Assembly (NCBI RefSeq): GCF_008000775.2
Contig: NZ_CP042905.2
Span: 3,360,001-3,392,000, forward strand
Direction of reading: 5' to 3'
Origin: Promethearchaeum syntrophicum
GTDB taxonomy: Archaea; Asgardarchaeota; Lokiarchaeia; Sigyniarchaeales; Promethearchaeaceae
Length of the DNA: 32,000 nucleotides
A program made the position numbers and the translations under genes. Every line of letters begins with the position of its first letter. Position 1 is the stretch's first letter. Below, one piece after another: positions 9,791-17,524 of the stretch. The notes beneath the pieces are model-generated. The model saw only the letters and a program-made list of their open reading frames with translations, had not been told where the DNA came from and ran no database searches.

Positions 9791-10063
9791 GAAAGCATGA
9801 TCCTGAATCCATACATTAACATTTTAGTTCATAGCAAAGATTTTCCATAAACTCCCTAAAATTCTTCTCATGTATGGATTTCACATGAAATATGACTTGA
9901 ATCATGCAGGGTCGTATTTTCCTGTTTCAGAAAAGGGTTGCTGACAATCCAATCATAGCAAGCACAAGGCAATCTCATGGATGAGCCTAGGATCTGATAT
10001 TATAGAAAACACAAGCTCCAGACTATAGTCATTAGTTTTGCGCGTATCCATCATTTTTTTTTT
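9791..10063 (+). ncRNA. Candidate structured non-coding RNA (family unknown; strand tentative)
   Basis: No ORF in the track. Three nested inverted repeats: GCATGAT 9795-9801/ATCATGC 9901-9907; AATCCATACAT 9806-9816/ATGTATGGATT 9870-9880; ATTTTAG 9821-9827/CTAAAAT 9856-9862. A further hairpin TTTTcCTG-TTT-CAGAAAA is at 9917-9934. The region ends with T10 (10054-10063) on the + strand and looks locally more GC-rich than neighbouring intergenic DNA. Confidence 0.5.
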
Positions 10064-10190
10064 GCAAAAAAATTAAGTCGACCTCGAGTAAAATGACATA
10101 ATGTCAATCAATGCATCCCTATTTCAATAATGAATTTTGAAAATTTATACTCATTGTATTTTCTAAAATTAGAGGTTTTTTACTATGTAA

Positions 10191-10673
10191 TTATATTTTT
10201 AGTCCAATCTCGGTATAAAATAATGCTTTAATTTCTTGAGTTATTGGAGTTTTTAAAATATGAAGCTGATCAGTTAAGATATAAGAGATTTCGTGTTTGT
10301 AACTCTCGATAATTTTTATTAGATGTTGTACACTAACTGATTTTTCTACAAAGGTATTCAAGACACCCTCTTCTCCAATTCCGATTAAAATCATGAATTT
10401 ATTAGTGTATTCCGTTAATTGGGTTGTTACTTCTCCAAAATTCATGAAAGCACCTTGAATTGCTGCTGATTCGAACATCGGTGCAGTGAAAGCAGATACT
10501 GTGCTGGCAAAATCTTTTTCTAAATTGGTAGTATTGGAATATGTATCCCATCGGGAGCGTGCTGATATTAAATTCCCATCCCGATCCATTATCATAACGT
10601 GAAGAGTTTCTGGGATTTTATATAGAATATCCTTAAGAATTGTATCTAATCTATTCGAATCTTTCGCGTTCAT
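10191..10673 (-). CDS. Roadblock/LC7-like domain protein
   Basis: VMIMDRDGNLIS...MFESAAIQGAFMNFGEVTTQLTEYTNKFMILIGIGEEGVLNTFVEK matches the Roadblock/LC7 pattern and is clearly similar to ORF 12129..12584. Confidence 0.7.
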   Translation of the reverse strand: MNAKDSNRLDTILKDILYKIPETLHVMIMDRDGNLISARSRWDTYSNTTNLEKDFASTVSAFTAPMFESAAIQGAFMNFGEVTTQLTEYTNKFMILIGIGEEGVLNTFVEKSVSVQHLIKIIESYKHEISYILTDQLHILKTPITQEIKALFYTEIGLKI

Positions 10674-10828
10674 CTAAATTAACTCCAAAAAAATTTTATT
10701 ACTCCTTAAAATGTGAATTTATAGGTATAATGAAATGTGAATTTATAACTATTTACTTTTTCCATTTTCTAATTTTTTTTACCTTTTTCTTGAAAAATTG
10801 AGAATTTATTCGAATTTTAATAGAAATG

Positions 10829-10837
10829 CATATAAAG
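10829..10837 (+). promoter_or_regulatory. Candidate TATA box for the putative antitoxin/toxin pair
   Basis: GAAATGCATATAAAG centred ~28 nt upstream of the ATG at 10863, consistent with a near-leaderless archaeal promoter. Confidence 0.5.
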
Positions 10838-10856
10838 ATAAAATGACAAATTTTTA

Positions 10857-11852
10857 TTGGATATGGCTAAAAAATCTACAAGTAAAACAAAAACAGTAAG
10901 TAAAACAACATCGACAAAAATAAATACCAATTTCAAACCAGATATGGAAGATATCGAAATTTTGCTCCAATTTGAAGGAAGGGATGTTGTAAAAAATGGA
11001 ATGAAAACTTCCATATTGGGAAAATTTCTCCAAGAATTTAATCGATTAGTATTCTATCTTGCTAAATTTCGAGGATATATTAATAATAAATTCCCAAAAT
11101 CTTGTTTTGAGTCATATCTTACCAAGATGAAGAAAACTGGGCTTACTATTATAATGAAAAATGCACCAGAACCAGAAATGAATCAACTTTTCACCGATAA
11201 TCCATATGATGCATTATTTTTTGATCTAAATGAGTTAATTGAACATATTGAAAATGATGCGGATAATTCATTCTTTAAATTAGCTTATGCACAACCGTTT
11301 GTGCGAATAACTTTACTAGATTGCATTCAAAAACTATGCCCAATATATAATACATCTCTTAAGATTTCTTATTCACCTATTGATACTTCTTTAGACGAAT
11401 CAGAAATTGAATTCAACTTCACAGAAATGCTAAAAACTAAGATAATGACTTGGATAGAAAGTGAAAAAAGGAATTTACCCTATGTAGACGGTTATTTCAT
11501 AGGATATAAAGAAGATATCGACCAGTCGATTTTCTGGATCAAAGATTTAAATAATCGAGAATTAATTTGCGAATATGATGTTGAAATACATGCCAACCTC
11601 ATAAGCTCGGTGAGAAGATTCGATCTATGCAGAATTTACGGAACTTTCATTGAAAGTCCAGGAAAAAATCCTTCAATTAAAAATTTAATAGATATTCTTA
11701 AGTTAGATGAACCTGAAGGTGAAAACATTGATCAAATTATTGCTGAGATTGAAAATGATAAAGATTTTGTAACAAGTCTTGATGCCGCAGAGGAAGAAGT
11801 GAAATCGGGCAAATTCTTAACCCGTGAAGAACTATTAGGAGGGATGTTTTAA
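10857..11852 (+). CDS. Uncharacterised 331-aa protein with antitoxin-like C-terminal tail; putative partner of the downstream RelE-like toxin (ATG at 10863 is a likely alternative start)
   Basis: Immediately upstream of the toxin ORF with a 1-nt gap. C-terminus DFVTSLDAAEEEVKSGKFLTREELLGGMF resembles type II antitoxin tails (...G.....EEL). Basic low-complexity N-terminus. Confidence 0.65.
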   Translation: MDMAKKSTSKTKTVSKTTSTKINTNFKPDMEDIEILLQFEGRDVVKNGMKTSILGKFLQEFNRLVFYLAKFRGYINNKFPKSCFESYLTKMKKTGLTIIMKNAPEPEMNQLFTDNPYDALFFDLNELIEHIENDADNSFFKLAYAQPFVRITLLDCIQKLCPIYNTSLKISYSPIDTSLDESEIEFNFTEMLKTKIMTWIESEKRNLPYVDGYFIGYKEDIDQSIFWIKDLNNRELICEYDVEIHANLISSVRRFDLCRIYGTFIESPGKNPSIKNLIDILKLDEPEGENIDQIIAEIENDKDFVTSLDAAEEEVKSGKFLTREELLGGMF

Positions 11853-11853
11853 A

Positions 11854-12132
11854 ATGATATATTCTGAAGTATATTTGTTGTCATTCAATGACTTGTATAC
11901 AAAAACATTCGCGACTCGTTATGGAAAATTACCAAAAATAGATCAAAAGCGAATTATTCAATTAATAGATGATCTAAAGGAAAATCCTAAATTAGGTAAA
12001 GAGTTAGCAAAATTTCATGGTTGGTGGAGTGCTAAAAAAGGTTATCTGCGTATAATATTTTCCATAGATTGGAATAGACAAGAAATTATATTTAGATCAC
12101 TTGCTGTAAGGAAAAAATGGAAAAAACGTTAA
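11854..12132 (+). CDS. RelE/ParE/YafQ-superfamily toxin-like protein
   Basis: FATRYGKLPKIDQKRIIQLIDDLKENPKLGKELAKFHGWWSAKKGYLRIIFSIDWNRQEIIFRSLAVRKKWKKR follows the RelE-fold pattern (LPK..Q.RI...L..NP..GK.L....YRI.F.ID...I.....RKK). SD-like AGGAGG at 11837-11842. Confidence 0.8.
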   Translation: MIYSEVYLLSFNDLYTKTFATRYGKLPKIDQKRIIQLIDDLKENPKLGKELAKFHGWWSAKKGYLRIIFSIDWNRQEIIFRSLAVRKKWKKR

Positions 12133-12584
12133 ATACATTCAAAATCTTGGCTTTGGAAGAGTGATTTTATTTCATCTGTTAATGGAGCATCGGTTATTTC
12201 GTAGTTACTTAAAAGAGAGCAAATTTCATCTCTATACTGTTTTAATACTTGAAAAACATTACCGATCGGAACCGACTTACGAGTCATGACTGTCAATAGT
12301 CCCTGTCCGACACTGATCCCAAATAAAAATCCTTCACTATACTCGGTTAATTGAAATTCAACAGACCCAAGATCCATACAAGCACCTTGAGCGACAGCTG
12401 ATTCGAACATTGCTCCACTGAAAACACTAACTTCTCCAATTTCTTCAGTACATTCTTCTACACGAGATAAAGAAGTAACTAATATACCATCTCTATCTAT
12501 AATAATTATATGCATCATTTCTTGCATAGAATATAGAATTTCGTGAAGAACTGAATCTAAGCGTCCTGAATCATCTACAATCAA
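12129..12584 (-). CDS. Roadblock/LC7-like domain protein (TTG start)
   Basis: MHIIIIDRDGILVTSL...MFESAVAQGACMDLGSVEFQLTEYSEGFLFGISVGQGLLTVMTRKSVPIGNVFQVLKQYRDEI; paralog of 10191..10673. Confidence 0.7.
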   Translation of the reverse strand: MIVDDSGRLDSVLHEILYSMQEMMHIIIIDRDGILVTSLSRVEECTEEIGEVSVFSGAMFESAVAQGACMDLGSVEFQLTEYSEGFLFGISVGQGLLTVMTRKSVPIGNVFQVLKQYRDEICSLLSNYEITDAPLTDEIKSLFQSQDFECI

Positions 12585-12670
12585 TAATTATTCACCGAAT
12601 AAGTTAAGATTTTTGCATTGATATTTTGGAAAATACCGGTAATAATCACAAAATTTTCTAGTAATATCCA

Positions 12671-12677
12671 TATAAAT
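12671..12677 (+). promoter_or_regulatory. Candidate TATA box upstream of the 11-bp repeat array
   Basis: TATAAAT within CCATATAAATC. A start of transcription ~25 nt downstream would fall next to the repeat array. Confidence 0.35.
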
Positions 12678-12701
12678 CTATCACTTTTTCTGTAATATGT
12701 T

Positions 12702-12745
12702 GTGATGATATCGTGATGATAAACTGATGATATTGTGATGTTCTA
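12702..12745 (+). repeat. Four tandem imperfect 11-bp repeats (GTGATGATATC / GTGATGATAAA / CTGATGATATT / GTGATGTTCTA)
   Basis: Unit starts at 12702, 12713, 12724 and 12735, an exact 11-nt period, immediately upstream of ORF 12774. Confidence 0.85.
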
Positions 12746-12773
12746 AACATCAAAAAAGCAATCTTCAATAAAA

Positions 12774-13172
12774 TTGGTCATGGCTTTAGATAGTAAAAAT
12801 CTAAAAACACACTATTTTGAGGAGAAGGGAAAACATGACCCAAATAAGTCCCCAAGGTTAATTAATGAACAAATTCTTCAAAATTTCACCGGAAAGATAC
12901 AAAAATGCTTTCCAAATTATGTTGCTGCAGTAATTAGCGATTACAATGGGTTATTAGTTCATTCAGAAATAAAAAATTCATTAGATGAAAATTTATTAGC
13001 TCTTAGCTGTATTTGTGAAGAGCGTACTTTTATGGATCTCTCAAAATATCAAAAATTGATTCGACCACTCAGTAACAATATTAAAATGCTGGTTTTGCTC
13101 AAGAAATCATGGAAAAACAAGTCTTTGATTAGAAATTTTGATGAAATTATTGAAAAAGAAAATCCAATTTGA
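12774..13172 (+). CDS. Small protein, possibly a divergent Roadblock/LC7-like domain (ATG at 12780 likely)
   Basis: FPNYVAAVISDYNGLLVHSEIKNSLDENLLALS resembles the Roadblock beta-hairpin signature but is weaker than the two paralogs. Confidence 0.5.
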   Translation: MVMALDSKNLKTHYFEEKGKHDPNKSPRLINEQILQNFTGKIQKCFPNYVAAVISDYNGLLVHSEIKNSLDENLLALSCICEERTFMDLSKYQKLIRPLSNNIKMLVLLKKSWKNKSLIRNFDEIIEKENPI

Positions 13173-13189
13173 GAAAATTTGAAAATACC

Positions 13190-14146
13190 TTAGCTTATTT
13201 TTTTCTTTCCAGGTAAATCCAGATTAAGTTTAATAACTAATTCTTTAAATCGATTTCTTACTGTTACTTCAGTAACTTGACTTACTCTGGCAATTTCACG
13301 TTGAGTTCTTCGTTCACGATAATAAATAGAAGCGAGATAAATTGCACTTGCTGCTAGTCCTGTTGGACCTCTTCCAGATGTTAATCCCTTTCTCTCGGCG
13401 AGGCTTATAATATCATGAGCTTTTTTAGCGACATTTGAGCTTAATTTCAACTCTGAAACAAATCTATTAACATAATCTGTTGCTTTAGTGGGATTGCTAT
13501 TTAAATTCAGTTTTGATGCGACAAATCGATAGGAACGACCGATTTCTTTCTTATCAACGCGGGCAATTTCTGCAATTTCCATCAAAGTCCTAGGAATGTT
13601 ACATAATCTACAAGCAGCATATAAACTAGCTGCCGCAACACCTTCGATACTTCTTCCCCGAATTAAATGGTTTTTTACAGCAGATCTATAAATCTTGGCG
13701 GCGTTTTCTCTCAAGTTTTTATTTAATCCTAAAACAGAACTCATACGATCCAATTCAGATAGAGCAAATGTAAGATTACGCTCGGTAGCATCAGAAACTC
13801 TTATTCTGGACTGCCATCTCCTTAATCTATATATTTGGCTTCTTAATCTACTTGGAATTTCCTTTCCGCTGAAGTCTTTATTCTTCCAATCAATAATAGT
13901 GCTTAATCCTTGATCATGAATTGTAAACGTCATTGGTGCGCCTACCCGAGTTCTCCGATCTCGTTGTTCACTATCAAAAGCCCTCCATTCAGGACCACAA
14001 TTGATAATTCGAGATCGCAAGACAAGCCCACAACTTGAACATATGAGTTCACCTCTGTGACTATCAAAGATCGAATCAATCCCTTTGCAATTTGGGCATA
14101 AATTATCCGATTCTGACGGTTCAAAATTTACCATGCTTTTAGCCAT
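13190..14146 (-). CDS. tfb: Transcription initiation factor B (TFB/TFIIB-like)
   Basis: N-terminal zinc ribbon CPNCKG...[13 protein letters not shown]-finger region [21 protein letters not shown], then two cyclin-like repeats ([15 protein letters not shown]..., [16 protein letters not shown]). Confidence 0.96.
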   Translation of the reverse strand: MAKSMVNFEPSESDNLCPNCKGIDSIFDSHRGELICSSCGLVLRSRIINCGPEWRAFDSEQRDRRTRVGAPMTFTIHDQGLSTIIDWKNKDFSGKEIPSRLRSQIYRLRRWQSRIRVSDATERNLTFALSELDRMSSVLGLNKNLRENAAKIYRSAVKNHLIRGRSIEGVAAASLYAACRLCNIPRTLMEIAEIARVDKKEIGRSYRFVASKLNLNSNPTKATDYVNRFVSELKLSSNVAKKAHDIISLAERKGLTSGRGPTGLAASAIYLASIYYRERRTQREIARVSQVTEVTVRNRFKELVIKLNLDLPGKKKIS

Positions 14147-14190
14147 TTATATCAAGTCCTCAATTTTTTTTTGAAATTATAATTCGGATT

Positions 14191-14520
14191 TTATTTTTTT
14201 TTGGGGGAAAATTTCTTTGGTGGAGATTTACTTCGATAATTTTTCTTTTTTGGTTTACGGTTTGAAGGAAGTGTATACAATGACATTCCTCTATTATTTA
14301 GAATGTCTTCATTATGAGTATCCAAGGATCTTATCATTTTAATGGAAACGAAAGGTTTAGCAACTGGACCAAAAATATCAGCTATATTACCAATTCTCTT
14401 TTTTTCTGAAGTGTAAACAGGCTCTCCAATATCTGGTATTTTTTTGTCACTTTCCCAGCTGGAAGCGCGAATTATTAGATGATTTGAATGTGATTTTCCG
14501 AGGATCTTCCCGATGTTCAT
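14191..14520 (-). CDS. gar1: GAR1-like H/ACA RNP component
   Basis: IPDIGEPVYTSEKKRIGNIADIFGPVAKPFVSIKM matches the Gar1 G.V.D.fGPv..Pyv.v core. Basic C-terminal tail and adjacency to TFB, a common archaeal arrangement. Confidence 0.88.
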   Translation of the reverse strand: MNIGKILGKSHSNHLIIRASSWESDKKIPDIGEPVYTSEKKRIGNIADIFGPVAKPFVSIKMIRSLDTHNEDILNNRGMSLYTLPSNRKPKKKNYRSKSPPKKFSPKKK

Positions 14521-14574
14521 AATTTGCTTTACTCCGAGTGGAAAATATTACTTTTTGCATTTATTAAAAAAATC

Positions 14575-14596
14575 GAAAGAATTTATTAATTCTTTC
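14575..14596. repeat. Perfect 9-bp inverted repeat GAAAGAATT-tatt-AATTCTTTC upstream of gar1
   Basis: Direct base pairing; ~55 nt upstream of the gar1 start codon. Confidence 0.75.
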
Positions 14597-14791
14597 ACTG
14601 ATTCTGATGTGTTAAAAAAATTAGGAAAAATTTGCTTTTAAAACTTTGGAAAATTGGAAGAATCACAAATATATTTTCCAAATTTGTTTGAAATATTTCA
14701 AAAATAGATGAATCATTGTGAAAACGACTCTTCTTAAGGTATCTTAAAAAGATCGGGGGAAAAACTCTCACAATCCCGTGTATTTTTTTTC

Positions 14792-14809
14792 TTCCCATCA
14801 GAATGGGAA
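14792..14809. repeat. Hairpin TTCCCAT-CAGA-ATGGGAA flanked by T8 and A-rich tracts
   Basis: Perfect 7-bp stem with 4-nt loop in the ~400-bp gap between gar1 and the GTPase gene. Confidence 0.6.
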
Positions 14810-14921
14810 AAAAACTATAATAATTTTTAATGATAGATTTTATATTTAAGTTTTTTGATCCAATACAGAAATGTAGTGATAATATCTTGATATCACGCTA
14901 TTGAAACTTATGTCAATAATA

Positions 14922-15683
14922 TCAGTTATTTTTAGATTTTGTCGTCTGGTTTCCTTTTTTTCCCTTTTTTTTGGCATTTATCGGTGGTAGATTCAATAAT
15001 TCAGATCGAGGGTCATAATTCTCTAATTGTAAATGAGAAGAGATTTCTTTAATATTCTGCTTTATTTCTTTAATTCCCTGTAAAGTTTTAGTAGAGCATT
15101 CAATAACATCAAGAACAGATTGCTTGGATTTTGAATTATCTATTTCTATATTGAAATCCGAAAGAACATTGAAAAAAGTCTTTTTTATATCTTCTCTTTG
15201 AAATTTATTTAGTTTATCAATTTTATTAAGAATAATTAAACACGGAATTTCATTTTTGACAAAATATTGAATAAATTCAATTGATAGGGGGATTGTATTT
15301 TCATTCTTAAAGTACCATTTCTCTAACTCATCTTGGAGTCTATCCACAGCAATAACTAAGAGGGTGAGAAATATATTATTTCTATCCAACCTTAAATATT
15401 TTAAAATTTGATTTTGGATAAATTCTTCAGAAGAACGACTTAATTTTATCATTCTACCAAATCCGGGTAAATCTATGACATGATAATTCAATTTTGGATC
15501 ATTTATTATCGTTAATCTTACAGTACTTCCTGCAGTTTTCCCTACTTTTCCTTTATACCATTTAGGATGTGATAAAAGGAGTTTTGTTAAAGAAGATTTT
15601 CCAACATTGCTATTCCCAATTAAGCATAATCGAGGAAAATTACCACGCGGATATGAAAAGTTGGTTTTAATGTTGCGACCCAT
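14922..15683 (-). CDS. engB: EngB/YihA-like TRAFAC GTPase
   Basis: G1 GNSNVGKSSLTKLL, G2 region AGSTVR, G3 DLPGFGRM, G4 LNKIDK. Confidence 0.88.
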   Translation of the reverse strand: MGRNIKTNFSYPRGNFPRLCLIGNSNVGKSSLTKLLLSHPKWYKGKVGKTAGSTVRLTIINDPKLNYHVIDLPGFGRMIKLSRSSEEFIQNQILKYLRLDRNNIFLTLLVIAVDRLQDELEKWYFKNENTIPLSIEFIQYFVKNEIPCLIILNKIDKLNKFQREDIKKTFFNVLSDFNIEIDNSKSKQSVLDVIECSTKTLQGIKEIKQNIKEISSHLQLENYDPRSELLNLPPINAKKKGKKGNQTTKSKNN

Positions 15684-15710
15684 TATTAATCAATCCTTCT
15701 TGGAATTAAT

Positions 15711-16688
15711 TTAAATATCCAAGAAATCATCACCTAAAAATTCTTCAAACATTTTATTCTTTTCTCTTTTAGTTAAAATTGGGCGTTCTGAAATAGGATC
15801 ACCAATTAATAATAAAATATCTTGAAGAACTTTAGGATTAATTGCAATTTGCAGTTTTCCTGCTTTAAATCGTATAATTTTTTCACTACCTAATTTTAAT
15901 CGCAGTATAAAACCTAATCCAAAGTAAAATTTATGTTCTTCTAGTGGTTCAACAGCATTTTTACTTGTTACTTCTTTTAGTGCTTCATACAGCATTTGTT
16001 TTGATAATATATAATCTTCACCTACATTGAAAGCAAGATGCCATAAAGCATGATAAACAATTTTTGCCCTACGTTCACTCAAATATTCAATTAGTTCTTC
16101 TCGAGTAACTTCTTTTATGCCTCGAGATTTTTTTTTAAGATCCAATTCAGCTTGCATTTTTGCTTCTAATTCTTCATTTATTTCAGGTTTGAATTCAGGT
16201 TTTTCTGGTTCAGAAATCTCTTGTCCATCAATTACTTGACTGTCGAATTCAATTTTTTGATGCTCTTCTTCAAGAATATTTTCACTTATAGCTTCTTTCA
16301 TATCAGCTAGATCATCGTCTGAAAGATCATCGAGACTATCAAAATCTGCAAATTCTAATAATTCTTGTTCCATTAAGTCCTGTTCTAACAATTTTTCTTC
16401 AGATTGAATTGATTCGGATTTTATTGCTGGGATTGGTTCTCCTTGTTCTTCTTTTTCTTCATGATCCTCTGGTTCTTCTGATACTTCTGGTTCTTCAAGT
16501 TCTTCATGATCTTGTGGTTCTTCTGATACTTCTAGTTCCTCTGATACTTCTAGTTCCTCTGATACTTCTGGTTCCTCTGATAATTCTAGTTGCTCTACTT
16601 CTTCGGGAATTTTTGGTTCATCTGCAATTTCTTGATCTTCAGTAATTTCATCTTTAAGGGTATTAATTTCCTCTTCTTCCAATCCCAT
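15711..16688 (-). CDS. Acidic repeat protein with conserved-looking C-terminal domain, function unknown
   Basis: Long Glu/Ser/Pro repeat region (SEEPEVSEELEVSEELEVSEEP...) then a basic/helical C-terminal module (TREELIEYLSERRAKIVYHALWHLAFNVG...). Confidence 0.8.
   Translation of the reverse strand: MGLEEEEINTLKDEITEDQEIADEPKIPEEVEQLELSEEPEVSEELEVSEELEVSEEPQDHEELEEPEVSEEPEDHEEKEEQGEPIPAIKSESIQSEEKLLEQDLMEQELLEFADFDSLDDLSDDDLADMKEAISENILEEEHQKIEFDSQVIDGQEISEPEKPEFKPEINEELEAKMQAELDLKKKSRGIKEVTREELIEYLSERRAKIVYHALWHLAFNVGEDYILSKQMLYEALKEVTSKNAVEPLEEHKFYFGLGFILRLKLGSEKIIRFKAGKLQIAINPKVLQDILLLIGDPISERPILTKREKNKMFEEFLGDDFLDI
16522..16593 (+). repeat. Four tandem 18-bp units (TCTGATACTTCTAGTTCC) within the acidic protein gene; degenerate units continue to ~16460
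   Basis: Units at 16522, 16540, 16558 and 16576; encode SEELEV/SEEPEV-type hexapeptides on the minus strand. Confidence 0.9.
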
Positions 16689-16730
16689 ATTAAATGTATA
16701 TAATGTAAATGTAAATAAGTAAGTTTTTTT

Positions 16731-17474
16731 TTGAATGAAAACAAAATTCCAATTGTAATGAACGATAAAGATGTGCTAAAAGGAATTAAATTAGTAATTT
16801 TTGATTATGATGGCGTAATTTACAATATGATAGAACCACTTAGACAAACGGTAGTTGAAGGTACAGAAAAATTTGCACTTAAATCATCGGGTCTCCAAGA
16901 AGACATGCGAGAAGTTTTTCATTTATTGGAATTTGCTTTAACAAGGACTGTGGCGGATCAAATATTAGATTCAAAAGAAATGTTGGATATTCAGCTACTT
17001 AAAGGGGTACCTCATTTGAAACGTTTAAGAATTGCCACATCGTTCTATGGAGATTTTCGCGACAGAACAAAAGAACCGATTTTATTTGATGGAGTGGAGG
17101 AATTGGTTAAAAAATTAAATAAAAAGGGAATCAAAATGGCTATTCTGTCAAATAGCGCAAAGAAGTACATTTTATCAACATTGGAGCAATATGAGTTATT
17201 GAACTATTTTTCAACTATTTTGGGAGCAGCCGAAGTGAAAGAAGTGAAACCAAATCCCGAAGGTCTTTTAAAAATATTGGAAATAGAAAATGTTAAGCCA
17301 AAAGAAGTGATTTTTATTGGGGATATGATAAGTGATACAGACGCGGGAAAAAATGCAAAAATTAAGACAATTGCTATCGCAAGTGGAATATTACCTGTAG
17401 AAAAACTTGTTGCTGAAAACCCCTATTTTTTAGCGCATAATATTTTGGAAATCCAACAATTTTTCAATTTGTAG
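16731..17474 (+). CDS. HAD-superfamily phosphatase (phosphoglycolate phosphatase-like)
   Basis: VIFDYDGVIY (motif I), MAILSNSAKKY (motif II), KPNPEGLLKIL (motif III), VIFIGDMISDTDAGKNA (motif IV). Confidence 0.93.
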   Translation: MNENKIPIVMNDKDVLKGIKLVIFDYDGVIYNMIEPLRQTVVEGTEKFALKSSGLQEDMREVFHLLEFALTRTVADQILDSKEMLDIQLLKGVPHLKRLRIATSFYGDFRDRTKEPILFDGVEELVKKLNKKGIKMAILSNSAKKYILSTLEQYELLNYFSTILGAAEVKEVKPNPEGLLKILEIENVKPKEVIFIGDMISDTDAGKNAKIKTIAIASGILPVEKLVAENPYFLAHNILEIQQFFNL

Positions 17475-17524
17475 ACAATAAAACGAAAAATTTTTTTTTA
17501 AGCCCTTCTTTTTCTTAAAAGCGT

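Noticed and set aside
9791-10063. Known RNAs (RNase P, SRP, tRNA)
   Set aside because: I could not find the conserved RNase P GAGGAAAGUCC element, the SRP S-domain GGAAG/AGCAGCC element, or a tRNA T-arm GGTTCRA; left as unknown family pending cmscan.
10077-10088. GTCGACCTCGAG, adjacent SalI and XhoI sites as in common cloning vectors
   Set aside because: Flanking sequence is native-looking AT-rich DNA and does not continue into any vector polylinker I recognise; best treated as coincidence, though mapping reads over it would be a simple check.
10817-11014. 65-aa minus ORF (MEVFIPFFTTSLPSNW...)
   Set aside because: Antisense to the start of the 331-aa ORF, which has a plausible promoter and is coupled to the downstream gene.
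12702-12745. CRISPR array
   Set aside because: Units are 11 bp with no spacers, so not CRISPR; no other regularly spaced repeats or cas genes seen in the window.
13695-13913. Plus-strand ORF inside the tfb gene
   Set aside because: Antisense to a strongly supported TFB coding sequence.
14595-14798. 67-aa minus ORF in the gar1-engB gap
   Set aside because: Low-complexity Phe/Ile/Lys-rich translation overlapping inverted repeats; no family signal.
16409-16645. Plus-strand ORF of 78 aa, very Leu/Val rich
   Set aside because: Antisense of the acidic tandem repeat; composition is explained by the complement of Glu/Ser codons.
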